A stretch of DNA of 64,000 bases from positions 82,956,001 to 83,020,000 of the forward strand of contig OY740781.1 of assembly GCA_963514005.1 (NCBI GenBank). Direction: 5' to 3'. The notes under the pieces were generated by a model. It was not told the DNA's origin and ran no database searches. It saw nothing but the letters and a program-made list of their open reading frames with translations. Below, piece by piece: positions 38,461 through 52,200 of the stretch (the stretch's first letter is position 1; the number at the start of each line of letters is the position of its first letter). This stretch comes from Raja brachyura. Taxonomy: Eukaryota. Made by a program: the position numbers and the translations under genes.

Positions 38461-39744
38461 TTTTAATTTTCAAACCACATTAAGGGCACTCACAGTTGAG
38501 CAGACATGTATTCAGTGTTGCTCAGAGCGATATGACCCTCTGGCTTCCTCCATCTTGCAGAGACTGAGTGATGCATTCCACTTCCGGGTTTTATAGTCCC
38601 TCCCCCCTCCCACCAGCAGGGGCAGCAGAGAGAATGGCAATTTTTAAACAAACATTAATATATCTCTGATTTTTCATCGTTGGGAAAAATCCTCCAGTTC
38701 AGGAAGGGGGGGGGGGGGGGGGGGCCTGAGTGAGGTGTCCAAAAATGACGGCCATAGGTAGCGGCGTTCTCTCGTAAATCACAGCACAGCGAGCCAAAAG
38801 TGGTCAAGATCAGACCTTTTGTAATATAGATAGCCACATGACACTTGCACCTCGCATGTGCCTGTTGCGCACGAACAGTCATTGAGCGGCCCGCGCAACC
38901 AGCCTTCCAACCAGCGCGTGTGACAATATACAATAGGTGCAGGAGTAGGCCATTCGGCCCTTCGAGCCAGCACCACCATTCAATGTGATCATGGCTGATC
39001 ATCCCCAGTCAGTACCCCATTCTGTGCATGGCAGGTTACAGATCCTGCAGGTATCGTCACCATTTCCCCCCTTAGCTTCTGCAGTAACCATATCAACTAG
39101 CTACAGTTGCTAGATGTGCTGAGGTACAGTTCCATGTGCACTGCATCCTGCCGACGCCCTGCTTGAGTGTTGGTAAGATGGTTGTGCTTCCATCTCTCTT
39201 GTGCGACTAGATGGGAATATAATCTCAGAGCTGATAATGAGAGGCAGAGGTAGGGTACACAATCAAAACTTGCCCAGCATGGAAATGGCAAATACTAGAG
39301 TTCATTGGGAAAGTTTAGAAGGAGATGTGCAGGGCTAGTTTTTTTCCCCCACAGAGATTGGTAAGTGCTTGGAAAATGAATGCAAAGGTGATGGAGGAGG
39401 CCAGTCAAATAGTGGCATTTAAGCAACTTTTATAACAGAAGGGAAAATTGGTTGTTGGTCTTTTAAAATGTTTCTCTTAACGTCCAGGTTCAGGAACTGC
39501 TTCTTCCCTACAGCCATCAGGCTATTAAACACGACAACAAATAAGCTCTGAAATGCAACAGACTATTATTATTATTGCACTATATTTGTTATTTATGGAG
39601 TATGTGTGCATGTGTACACACACACACACTGAACTTTTTTTCCTTCTCCCGTTATATACTATGTTTACATATTCTGTTGTGTTGCAGCAAGTAAGAATTT
39701 AATTGTCCTATTTGGGACATATGACAATAAAACACTCTTGACTC

Positions 39745-42365
39745 TCTCAATTTTCAATCCTCAAGGTCATCCCATCAAAAAACCTGATCAAATTTATGAG
39801 ACATGATGTTCCATGCACAGTCATACTAACTGTCCCTAATATTTCCAAATAAATCCTATCTGACAGAATCCCTTCCAACAACATTTCCATGATTGATGTA
39901 AAGCTCACCAGCCTGTTGTTTTCTGGCATCCTTGCTTTCCATCTTAAATAAAGGTACATTAGCTATTCTCCAGATTTGACAAACCTTACCCGTGACTACC
40001 AAAGATACAAAAATTGGGATGTGCAAATGAATGAGGTTTTTTGTGAAGGACTCATTGTTGGAGTGGGTAATGCCAACAATGAGGATATGAGAGAACCTCA
40101 CACTCAAGGTGATTGGAGCAGGTCGTTTGAGGAGAAAGAAACATCAACCAAGTGGCATGTTTTTAAAAGTCTGCTGACAAGAGCTCAGGATATGCACAAC
40201 CCTGTTAGAGTGAAAGGCAAAGCAGGCAAATGTAAGAAAGCTTGGCTGATGAATGAAAGTAAGGCATTGATCAAGAATAAGAAAAACATGGGACAGGTAT
40301 AGACAGCTGGGATCAAGTGTACCCCTGGATGAGTTTTGGGAACTAAGGAGGAAAGTAAAAAATGAAATCAGAATGGCAAAAAGGGTGTAGGAGACAGCTC
40401 TGTCAGATAGCATTAAGGACAAATTACAAATACATAAGGGAGAAAATGGTAACTAGAGAGAGAGTGGGACCCCATAGGAGTGAAAGCAGTCAATTATGTG
40501 TGAAGCCACAGGAGATAGGCAAGGTCCTCAATGAGTATTTTTCCTCTGCATTTACCAAGGAGAAAATCAGGAGGACGGAGGAACTAGGGGCAGTCAATGG
40601 AAGTGTCCTGACAGCAGTCAATGTTTTTGTCGAAGAGGTGCTGAAGGTACTATCGTGTATGAACGTGGACATATCTCCAGAGTCTAATCAGATATATCCG
40701 AGGACATTGTGAGTTACCCGAGAGGAAATTGCAGGGGCCCTGGTTGGAAGTTTTGACTCCTCTTTAAATACATATATTGTATATTATTGATTTGGACGAG
40801 GGGATTGAAGGCTTTGTGGCAAAGTTTGCAGATGTTATGAAAATAGATGGAAGGTAGTGTAGAGAAAGCAGGGACTCTGCAGAAGGACTTGGACAGGTTG
40901 GGAGAATGGGCAGAGAAGTGGCAGGTGGAATATAGTATAGCAAAGTGTGGAGTCATGCATTTTGGTAGTAGGAATAAAGGCATACACTATTTTCTAAATG
41001 TGGAGAGAATACAGAAATTGGAGATGCAAAGGGAGAGCTGGTGCAGGATTCACAAAAAGTTAATCTACAAGTTGAATTGGTGGTTTATTTCAAGAGGGCT
41101 GTATACAAAAACAGGGATATAATGCTGAGGCTCTATAAGGCGCTGGTAAAGCCGCATTTGGAATATTGTGAGCAATTTTGGGCACCATATCTGCGGAAGG
41201 ATGTGCTGGCTCTGGAGAGGGTCCAGCGGAGGTTTACAAGGATGTTCGCAGGATTGAATAGGTTAACCTATGATGAGCGTTTGTCGGCACTGGGCCTGTT
41301 CTCGCTGGAGTTTAGAAGAATGAGGGGGGACCTCATTGAAACACACAGAATAGTGAAAGGCTTGGATAGAGTGGATGTGGAGAGGATGTGTCTACTAGTG
41401 GGAGAGTCTAGGACTAGAGGCCATAGCCTCAGAACTAAAGGACATTCTTTTAGGAAGGAGATGAGGAGAAATGTCTTTAGTCAGAGGGTGGTGAATCTGT
41501 GGAATTCTTTGCCACAGGAGGCCGTGAAGTCAGTGGATATGTTTAAGGCAGAGATACATGGATTCTTGATTAGTACTGGTGTCAGTGGTTATGGGGAGAA
41601 GGCAGGAGAATTGGGTTAGGAGGGAGAGATAGATCAGCCATGATTGAATGGTAGAGTAGACTTGATGGGCTAAATGGCCTAATTCTACTATCACTTATGA
41701 CCTTATGACAGGAGAGTTGCTAGAAGACTGGAGGGTGGCAAGTGGTGCCTTTATTCAAGAAAGGCAGCGATGAAAATGCTGGGAACTATAGGCCAGTAAG
41801 CTTAACATCTGTAGTTGGAAAGTCACTGGAGAGTATTTTGAGGGATAGGATGTACAGTCATTTAGACCTACAAGGGCTGATTAGGGATAGTCAGCGATCA
41901 GGGATAGTCAGGGACTTGTATGCGCAAGGTCGTGTCACACAAATCTAATTGCTTTTGAAGACGTGACCAAAAAGGTCGATGAGGGCAGAGCTGTAGATGG
42001 ATTCAGCAAAGCATTCAACAAGGTCCCGCATGGTAGGTTGCTCCATAAGGTTTGATTGTATGGGTTCCAAGGAGAGAATCAGATGACACAGGTTTAAGGT
42101 GAAGGGGAAAAGATTAATAGGAATCTGAAGGGTACCTTTTTCACACAAAGGTTGGTGGGGGTATGGAACAAGCTGCCAGAGGAGGTAGTTGAGGCAGGGA
42201 CTATCCCAACATTTAAGAAAAAGTTAGACAAGTACATGGATAGGACAGGTTTGGAAGGATACGGGCCAAATGTGGACAGGTGGGACTAGTGCAGGTGCGA
42301 CATGTTGGCCGGTGTGGGCAAGTTCGGCTGCAGGGCTTGTTTCCACACTGTATGACTCTATGGCT
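39745..42365. mobile_element. Cluster of nested CR1 fragments, mostly + strand
   Basis: ORFs 40362, 40847, 41041 and 41742 carry VLNEYFSSAFT, DLDRLGEWAEKW, LYKALVKPHLEYC and GNYRPVSLTSVVGK; separate tails near 41705 and 42360. Confidence 0.85.
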
Positions 42366-42414
42366 CTACCCTAAGGATCTAGCAATTTCCTTATAAATCC
42401 TCCTTTCCAAATAC

Positions 42415-45400
42415 CATAGGTGCAGGAGGAGGCCATTCGGCCCTTTGAGCTAGCACCACCATTCATTGTGATCATGGCTGATCATCCACAATTAGTACCC
42501 AGTTCCTGCCTTCTCCCGATACCCCTTGATTCAGCTAGCCCCTGGAGCTCTAACTCTCTTTTAAATTCATCCAGTGAATTGGCCTCCACTGCCTTCTGTG
42601 GCAGAGAATTCCACAAATTCACAACACTGGGTGAAAACGTTTTTTCTCATCTCAGTTTTAAATGGCCTCCCTTTTATATTTAGGCTGTGGCCCCTGGTTC
42701 TGAACTCCCCCCTGGGATTTTTTTCCCGCATCTAGCTTGTCCAGTCCTTTCATAATTTTATGTGTTTCTATAAGATTCCCTCTCAGCCTTCTAAAGCCCA
42801 GTCTTTCCAATCTTTCCTTATATGATAGTTCCGCCATCCTGGGGATTAACCTTGTGAACCTAGGCTGCACTCCCTCGATAGCAAGGATGTCCTTCCTCAA
42901 ATTAGGAGACCGAAACTGCACACAATACTCCAGATGTCGTCTCACCAGTGCCCTGTACAACTGCAGAAGACCTTTTTACTCCTATACTCAAATCCTCTCG
43001 TTGTGAAGGCCAACATGCCATTAGCTATCTTCACTGCCTGTTATTACCTGCATGTTTACTTTCAGTGACTGGTGTACAAGGACACCCAGATCTTGTTGCA
43101 ATTCCCTTTTTCCTAATCTGACACCATTGAGATAATAATTTGCCTCCTTTTTCTTGCCGCCAAAGTGGATAACCTCACATTTATCTACATTATACTGCAT
43201 CTGCCCACTCACTCAACCTGTCCAGGTCACCCTGCAGCCTCCTAGCATCCTCTTCACAGTTTACACTGCCACCCAGCTTTGTGTCATCTGCAAATCTGCT
43301 AGTGTTACTTTGAGTTCCAACATCTAAATCATTAATATATATTGTAAATAGTTGCTGTCCCAGCACCGAGCCTTGTGGCACTCCACTCGCCATTGAGTGG
43401 CCTGCCATTCTGACAGGAACCCGTTTATTCCTACTCCTTTTTCCTATCTACAACCAATTCTCTATCCATGTCAATACCCTACCCCCAATACCATGTGCTC
43501 GAATGTTGTCCACTAATCTCCTGAGTGGGACCTTATCAAAGGCTTTCTGAAAATCCAGCTACACTACATCCACTGGCTCTGCTTCATCCATTTTACTTGT
43601 CACATCCTTAAAAAATTCCAGAAGATTAGTCAGGCAGGATTTCCCCTTCATAAATCTATGCTGACTTGGACCAATCCTTCTACTGCCATCCAAATGTGCC
43701 GTTATTACTTCTATAATAATTGACTCCAGCATCTCCCCCACCACCGATGTCAGGCTAACTGGTCTATAATTCCCCGTTTTCTCTCTCGTTCCTTTCTTGA
43801 AAAGAGGGTAACATTAGCTACCCCCCAATTCACAGCTAATCCTGAATCTATGGAACATTGGAAAACGATCACAAATGGTGGGAACGATTTCTAGAGCCAC
43901 CTCCTTGAGAACCCTGGGATGCAGACTATCAGGCACTGCCGATTTATCAGCCTTCAGTCCCATCAGTCTACCCAATACTATTTGTCGCCTAATGCAAATT
44001 TCTTTCAGTTCCTGTTTCCCTTGATCCTCTGGTACCTGGGAGATTGTTTGAGTCTTCCTTAGTGAAGACAGCACCAAAGTACCCGTTCAACTCTTCTGCC
44101 ATTTCCCTGTTCCCCATAATAATGTCACCTGGTTCTGCTTTCAAGGGACCCACATTTGTCATCACTAATCTTTTTCTCTTAACATACCTAAAGAAGATTT
44201 TACCATCCTTCTTTCTTGGAGAGCTTACCTTCGTATTTAGACAAAAATGCTGGAGAAATTCAGCGGGCGAGGCAGCATCTCTGAAGCAAGGAATAGGTGA
44301 CGTTTTGGGTCGAGACCCTTCTTCAGATTGATGTGGGGGTGGGGCGGGAAGAAGAAAGGAAGAGGTGGAGACATTAGGCTGTGGGAGAGTTGGGAAGGGG
44401 AGGGGAAGGAGGGAGAAATCAAGGACTACCTGAAATTAGAGAAGTCAATGTTCATACCGCTTGGGTGTAAACTACCCAAGCAAAATATGAGGTGATACTC
44501 GTTCAATTTGTGGTGGGACTCACTCTGGCCATGGTGGAGGCCCAGGACCGAAGGGTCGGATTCGGAATGGGAGGGGGAGTTGAAGTGCTGAGCCACTGGG
44601 AGATCAGGTTGGTTATTGCAAACTGAGCGGAGCTGTTGGGCGAAACGATCGACAAGCCTGCACTTGGTCTTACCTTCGTACTTCGTCTTTTCACCCCGTA
44701 TTGCCCTTTTTGTTGCCTTCTGATGTCCTTTGAAAGTTTCCCAATCCTCTGGCTTCCTGCTACTCTTTGCTATGTTATACACCGTTTTAAATTTTATACC
44801 GTCCTGAACTTCCCTTGGCAGCCACAGTTGCTTCTCTCCCCTTAGAATCTTTCTTCCTCTTTGGAATGAAATGATCCTGCATCTTCTGGATTATGCCCAG
44901 AAATTCCTACCATTGCTGTTCCACCATCATTCCTGCAAGGATTCTTTTCCAGTCGACCTTGGCCAGCTCCCTTCTCATGCCATCATCGTCCCCTTTGTTC
45001 AATTGCAACACTGACACTTCTGATTTAACCTTCTCCCTCTCAAGTTGCAGTTTAAAACTTGTCATATTATGGTCACTACCTCCCAGCGGTTCCTTTACCT
45101 TGAGTTCCCTTATTAAATCTGGTTCATTAGACAACACTAAATCCAGAATTGCCTTCTCTCTAGTAGGCTCCAATACAAGCTGCTCTAAGAATCCATCTCG
45201 GAGGCACTACAAACTCCTTTTCTTGGGGTCCAGAACCAACCTGATTTTCCCAGTCTAGCTGCATATTGAAATCTCCCATAACCACAGTGGCATTACCTTT
45301 GTTTCATGCCAATTTTAATTCCTGCTGCAACTTGAACCCTATTTCCAGGCTACTGTTTGGGGGGCCTGTAGATAACTCCCATTAGTGTCTTCTTACCTTT

Positions 45401-46880
45401 ACAATTCCTCAATTCTATCCACAGCGACTCTCCATTGTCAGTCCCTATGTCACCCCTCGTAAGGGACTGAATTTCATCCCTCACCAACAGAGCTACCCCA
45501 CCTCCTCTGCCCACCTGCCTGTCCTTTCTATAGGACGTATAACCCTGAATATTCAGTTCCCAGCCCCGATTCTCCTCTGTAATCCCCACAATGTCATATC
45601 TAGCAATCTCTAACTGAGCCTCAAGCTCATCCACTTTACTTCTTATACTTTGTGCATTCATATATACTCTCCTATCTCTTCGTGAGCTTTATGTCCCGTT
45701 AATTCTGGTGTTTTTCTTCACTTTTTCTGTATTCTCTTTCCCGTTAACTCCATTCTTGTATTTCCTATTTGTCTCCCCCCATTATTTAGTTTAAACCCAC
45801 CCGTGTTGCAGTGGCAAACCTGCCTGCCAAATTGCTGATCCCCCGCCTGTTAAGGTGCAACCCGTCCATTTTGTACAATTCACCCTTACCCTAAAACAGC
45901 TCCCAGTGGTCTAAGAATCTAAATCCCTGCCCTGTGCACCAGCTTCTCAGCCACACATTCAGATTCCCTAATCTCCCTGTTCCTGCCCTCACCAGCACGA
46001 GGAACTGGAAGCAAACCGGAGATAACCGCCCTGGAGGTCCTGCTTTTCAGCCTTCTTCAGAGCTTTCTAAAGTCACGGTGCAGAATCTCTTTCCACTTTT
46101 TCCCCGACGTCATTTGTGCTGACATGCACTACCATTTCCAGCTGTCACCCTTCCCCCTTGAGGATGCCCTGCAATCGTTCCGTGACGTCCTGGACCCTGG
46201 CACCAGGGAGGCAACACACCATCCTTGACTCCCGCTTGTTGCCGCAGAAACCCCTGTCCGTACCTCTCACTATGGAGTCCCCATCTACCACAGCTCTGCC
46301 TGACGTCTGTTTATTCGGCTTTGCCTCAGCGCCACGTTTTGACTCGCAGACCTGTCCGCCGTTCAGACTGCCAGTGTTTTCTGTCCCGACAGCTTCCAAG
46401 AGGGTGTACCTGTTTTCAAGAGGTACAACCCCCAGGGTCTCCTGTACTCCAAGCTTCCTTCCCTTCCTCATCGTCGCCCACCTTCTCTCTTCTGGTAACT
46501 TCGGTGTAACGATCTCGCTGTCCCGTTTTCCCAAATGATCCTGAGGTCATCCAGTTACCTCTCTAGTTCCCTAACACAGTTCTTCAGGAGCTGAACCTGG
46601 ACACACTTTTCACAGTTGTAGCAGTCAGAGGCACCAGCAGTGTCCCTGACCTCCCACATCCTGCAAGCATCACACTGAATCAGCTTGCCTGTCATTTCTT
46701 CACTGCGTCTCACCCTCGCCAACTTTTAGCATAGTCTCCTCACCTCGTCCTCCTCGCCGAAGACTCTCGAGCCAAAGAGTTGCACTTTTCTCACAAGGCT
46801 CTTCCCACGACAAGGCAGCTCTCCTAGAGCAAACTTTGCTTATATTAACTGATAAATTGACTAATTCACTAATTGGCTAA
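42415..46880 (-). mobile_element. Near full-length degenerate CR1 LINE with zinc-finger/SGNH-esterase ORF1 and EN-RT ORF2
   Basis: Minus ORFs: GDSIVRGTDRGFCG..CCLPGARVQDV (esterase), NAQSIRSKVDEL and LDLVLSN..GSDH (endonuclease), GVPQGSVLG and FADDTKL (RT); CR1 tail at ~42420. Confidence 0.9.
44236..44668 (-). mobile_element. Penelope-like 3' fragment inserted in the CR1, with 12 bp TSD
   Basis: cttaccttcgta duplicated at 44224-44235 and 44669-44680; GIY-YIG C-terminal peptide VAQHFNSPSHS; hammerhead-like motif at 44299-44326 (GAAA mutated to AAAA). Confidence 0.88.
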
Positions 46881-47030
46881 CTCACTGCTTTTCTAATTCA
46901 ATTCTTCAGCCAATACTCGCACTCCCTGCCGCTCCTCTGCCGACCTTGAAGGTATGGCAGAGGATCTTGAATTGTATGAATATGGTACTGTGCATTTTGA
47001 ATTTAAAATTTTGTATTTCCTTTTCTGCAG

Positions 47031-47186
47031 TTCATTCATAGAATAATTGATGGTATTTGTGGGCATGCACTTCCACGGTTTCGGGATTATGGAAATGTTT
47101 GGAGTCTTGTAGAATGGATGGAGGTACTGGAAGAGGCTACAGCATTTATCAAACATGCCTGCAGCAAACATTTGTCAGATGAAGAG
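47031..47186 (+). CDS. COMMD8: COMMD8 coding exon 2 (FIHRIIDGICGHALPRFRDYGNVWSLVEWMEVLEEATAFIKHACSKHLSDEE)
   Basis: Polypyrimidine tract plus CAG acceptor, GT donor, 156 bp phase 0; matches human [20 protein letters not shown]...LPDEE. Confidence 0.95.
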
Positions 47187-48169
47187 GTTGGTGGTAAAAC
47201 ATTTTGAATATGAATGAAGTCTTAACGTTAAATGTAAAATAATTTATGCCTAATATTTCTGTAAAATGACACAAAGATTGATCAGTAATCTTATTTCGCT
47301 ATGAGAACATTGATTCACTATTTCGCCACTCATCACGTAAATCAGGTTCTATACTTTCTGCTTATGTTGGTGAACAACATAATTTTTAAGACGTGTGCCT
47401 TTGCTGGAAACACTGACAGGCATATATTGTTGAGAGGAAGAGTTGTTAATATATTGTTTATTTAAACAAATCGGAATTTTTTTAAACAAAAACTGGAAAA
47501 TCCAGCTCATCTCTGCCTGTTAACCTACCAGCCCTGCCTAGCCTTATGGGAACGACTGCCCAGGCCCATAGCCAGCGCGGAGAAGCAACGCTAAATCCAG
47601 CTCATCTCTGCCTGTCTCACCGGGTTAACCTACAGCCCTACCTGGACTGACGGGACACCAGCCCGCAGCCGTGGAGTTAACCCTGCTTCTCCGCGCTGGC
47701 TGTAAGCCTGGGCCGTCATTCCCGCAAGTCCTGGCAGGGTGGTAGGTTAACAGGCAGAGTTGAGCTGCATTTAGCGCTGCTTCTCCGTGCTGGCTGTGGG
47801 CCTGGGGGCGCCACTTCTGTCTGACTCCTGACATCTTTGGCCGCCCCCGGACGGACGGGGATGGTCCAGTGGCGGTTCGGCAGCGATTGCGGCGCCAGAG
47901 ACCCGGGATTGATCCTGGCTGCAGATAAGGCGCAAGTCTATGTCCATGCCGCGGCAAGTCTGCCAAGAGTTTTTAATCGCTTGTGACCTTTGACAAATTC
48001 CATGATTACTTGTGTTTTTCGGAATACCGAACTCGCTTATTCTCAGGATCTCACTGGCATATCATCTCAGGGTGGGATCCTAGTCCCGTCCAGCTTCAGC
48101 AGTTTAATTATAGATTATCCCTCAATCAAGAGCTTGGAAACGATAATGTTAAGAGTGTTCATGAGTGGT

Positions 48170-48802
48170 ATACTTCATAATAAGAGGATTTCAGTACAGG
48201 AGTAAAGAGGTTCTGCAGTTGTATAGGGCTAAGGTGAGACCACATCTGGAGTATTGTGTACAGTTTTGGTCTCCTAATTTGAGGAAGGACATCCTTGTGA
48301 TTGAGGCAGTGCAGCGTAGGTTCACGAGATTGATCCCTGGGATGGCAGGACTGTCATATGAGGAAAGATTGAAAAGACTACGCTTGTATTCACTGGAGTT
48401 TAGAAGGATGAGGGGGGATCTTATAGAAACATATAAAATTATAAAAGGACTGGACAAGCTAGATGCAGGAAAAATGTTCCCAATGTTGGGTGAATCCAGA
48501 ACCAGGGGCCACAGTCTTAGAATAAAGGGGTCATTTAAGACTGAGCTGAGAAAAAACTTTTTTACCCAGAGAGTTGTGAATTTATAGAATTCCCTGCCAC
48601 AGAGGGCAGTGGAGGCCAAATCGCTGGATGGATTTAAGAGAGAGTTGAATAGAGCTCTAGTGGCTAGTGGGGTCAAGGAATATGGGGAGAAGGCAGGCAC
48701 GGGTTATTGATAGCGGACGATCAGCCATGATCATATTGAATGGCGGTGCTGGCTCGAAGGGCCGAATGGCCCCCTCCTGCACCTAATTTCTATGTTTCTA
48801 TA
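48170..48802 (+). mobile_element. CR1 LINE 3' fragment
   Basis: ORF 48165 [14 protein letters not shown]...TRGHSLRI; tail ttctatgtttcta. Confidence 0.9.
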
Positions 48803-49299
48803 TACAGATTCAATTCACAATTCCTCAAATTATGAAACAATCCATTCCTTCAATTAGCACAACATGAATATTAGGGCTTGGTCTAAGTGGTGAGTAATGT
48901 TTATGGCTATTTCTTACAAGACACTCTTAACTATGTTATTGATATTTTTAAATACTTCCGTAGTCAAGTCTCTCAACATCAGTATCCTGGGAAAATTGTA
49001 TTTTGACTTGCATTGTATTATTACTTTGACTGGGAACTAATTTGAATTGTTCACCCCAATAGATCAAATAGTACAAAAAAAATCAAATCGGGTTGGAAGT
49101 TGGCTTTTTTAAATGGCAGCTAACTTGGCATCCGACTACACAAAATCTTCCCTTCACCTTGAAGCAGAAGTTAGAAGGGTTATGAAGTACTTTCTATTTG
49201 TTGACCCACGGCTATGCTTTCTATCTTTGACTTTGTCTCTCAAACTTGAGATTTCTACTTTTGAGACGTACAGCAGGTTCATGAGAACATGTGCTGATT

Positions 49300-52200
49300 G
49301 GGAATACATCATTTGTAATTTAAAAGCTGTTACAGACATGAGGGTGCAGTGACACTGACTGAGAACTCAATGTTCCAGGTTATTCAAAGTTCCAAATGAA
49401 TAAAAAAAAGAAGAGGTGCATAGGTGTTATAGATATTGGATTGGGTGGAAATAAGGGATAGCTGGTAAAAGTAAACACACTCTGAGCCTTCAAAGTGTAC
49501 CCTCATTGGAGATTAATGCGCTGGTGAGCAACTCACAAAAGCATGTAAGAAGGGAACTGCAATTACCATGGGTGATTTAAATCTGTGTTTTGATTGGCAA
49601 ATCTTGCTGGTGAAAGTATCGTGAAAGGAATTTGTCGACTGCATCAGGGGTCATTTCTGAGAGCAAGTATGTTACTCAATGTGCCCTGGACCAAGTCATT
49701 TTAGGTTATATGAAGTGTAATTAAGTAGGATTGAAAGGAAATTTTGTTGTTAAGGAAATCTCTAAGGAATAATGATTGTAACGTTTTAGAATACTCGATA
49801 TACTTTATGAGCGAACTCCTCATATTTAAAACCGGTGTCCTTAACTTAGATCCAGGCAAATGCAAAGGCAAGAGTTATCGAGATAGACTGGGAAAATAAG
49901 CTAAAGGAAAGGTCAGTAATTGAACAGTGTATTTAATTTAATTTAGAGATATAGTGCGGAAACAGGCCCTTTGGCCCACCGTTCCGCACCGACGTGCGAT
50001 TCCCGCACACTAGCACTAACACTAGGAACAATTTATAATTACACCAAGCCAATTAACCTACAAACCTGTATGTCTTTGGAGTGTGGGACGAAACCGGAGA
50101 TCCCGGAGTAAACACACGCAGGTCATGGGAAAACGTACAAACTCCGTACAGACAAGCATCCGTAGTCAGGATCTAACCCGGGTCTCTGGTGCTGTAAGGC
50201 AGCAACATTACCAGTATGTCACCGTGCCGCATCGTTACACAACTATTTTATAATGTTCAGTATTAATATATACCAATCAAAATGTAGGACTAGATGAAAA
50301 AGATAAACCAACCATGGTTAACAAAGGACGTCTACGAAAATACTAAATCAAAAACTGGAACATGAAGTGGCATGAGATAATATCGTAGACCAAAGCATGA
50401 GGTTTTTTTGAGGAATCAGCAGCAGTCGGCTAGAAAAGCAATAAGTAGGGAGAAAGTTGATAATAAGATAAGTTGTCAAGTAATATCAAAACAAATAGCA
50501 TTGGCTTTGCTGGAAATGTGGGAGCCCTGGAGAGTGAGACTGGATAATTAATCAGGGGATGCAAGGGAATGGCAGTTAATTAAAACCAATTATTTGCAGT
50601 AGTCTTCACAGAGAGAGACTCAAGGTTGATACATTATTTTTAAATAGCAGAGGAAACCCTGTACCAATCTATTATATTGATTGAAGTATTGAAAAAAATA
50701 ATAGAATTGAAGGCAGACAAGTTGCCTGGACTTTCGCTTGCATCCAAGGATTTTAAAGGAAATACCAGCTGAGATGGTGGAAACATTCCCAAGTTCACGT
50801 TATAGGAGTAGAATTAGACCATTCGGACCATCGAGTCTACTCCATTGAATCATGGCTGATCTCTGCCTCTTAATCCCATTTTCCTGCCTTCTCCCCATAA
50901 CCCTTGACACCGTTCTAATCAAGAATTTGTCTATCTCTGCCTTAAAAATATGCACTGACTTGGCCTACACAGCCCTCTGTGGCAATGTGTTCCACAGATT
51001 AACTACCCTCTGACTAAAGAAGTTCCTCCTCACCTCCTTTCTAAAAGAACACCCTTTAATTCTGAGGCTATGACCTCTGGTCCTAGACTCTCCCACCATT
51101 GGAAACATCCTTGCCACATCCACTCTTATCCATGCCTTTCATTATTCTGTAAGTTTCAATTAGGTACCCCCTCAACCTTCTAAACTCCAACGAGTAAAGG
51201 CTCAGTGCTGTCAAATGCTCATATGCTAACCCACTCATTCCTTAAATCATTCTTGTAAACTTTGGTTTGAAGATTTTAATTCATAGTTCTGGGAAGTTAT
51301 CAGGGATTGAAACAATGCTAATGTGACACTCTTGATCATGAAGGGAAGGAGATAAAAAGTGGGAATCTATAGGCTGGTAGAGTCTGGTTATCTTAATGTC
51401 AGGCAGGAAGATGCTGGTATAGATGTGCAAGGAAGCAACATCGGTTGGGGAAATGCTGGTAATGATAAAACTAGGAATAAGGACTTGCAAAGCTGATGGA
51501 GTCATCGAATAGGGAAAAAAATAACAGGTCACTGAGAAAAGCTTATTCCAGTCAACCAAAACAATATCTTTGTGAAGGGCAACCACATATGAAAAAAGTG
51601 CACAAGATAAAAGATTGGAGTGTTGGAAAAAGTATATCAACGTGAATTGAAGACTGGTTATTCCATAGAAGACAGAATCTGTATAAGTCCATGTTTTCCG
51701 ACTAGAAAGGTGAATAGTAGAGTAGAATAGGACAGAGTTAAGATATCCAAGTTTGTTGAAGAAGCTAAAATAAATTGGTGTACATGCTGTGAAGATAATA
51801 TTTGGACCCTGCAACAGGTTATGGATCAATTGGACAAAGATTTAGCAAATTAACTTTAATGTGTAGAAGCGTGAGTTCATGCATTTAGGCAGGAGAAGTC
51901 AAAAGAGAGGCTATTATCAAAATGAGAGGTACTGCAAATCACAGGCCCACAGAGGGGTCTAGACTTTCTTGTATGCAAATCACAAAATAAAGGTGACAGG
52001 TGCAGCAAGTGGTCAAGAAAGCAAATGGTATTTGGCCTTTATTGCTTGGGTTTGGAGTTTAAAAATAGCAAAATATGTTACATTTGTGCATAGTGTTCGT
52101 GAGCTATACCTAGAACATTACAGTTTTGGTCACCTTTTTAGGAAAGGATGTACCAGCATTAGCATTAACTCAGAAGGGATGCATTGGGCAGACTTATGGG

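Larger units (their letters stand above)
37174..38830 (-). mobile_element. Non-autonomous Helitron, copy 1, with internal 48 bp and 47 bp tandem arrays
   Basis: Minus strand starts A|TCTATATTAC and ends gacccaacgggtc hairpin / CTAG|T, with no TSD; termini shared with 55149-57180. Confidence 0.8.
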
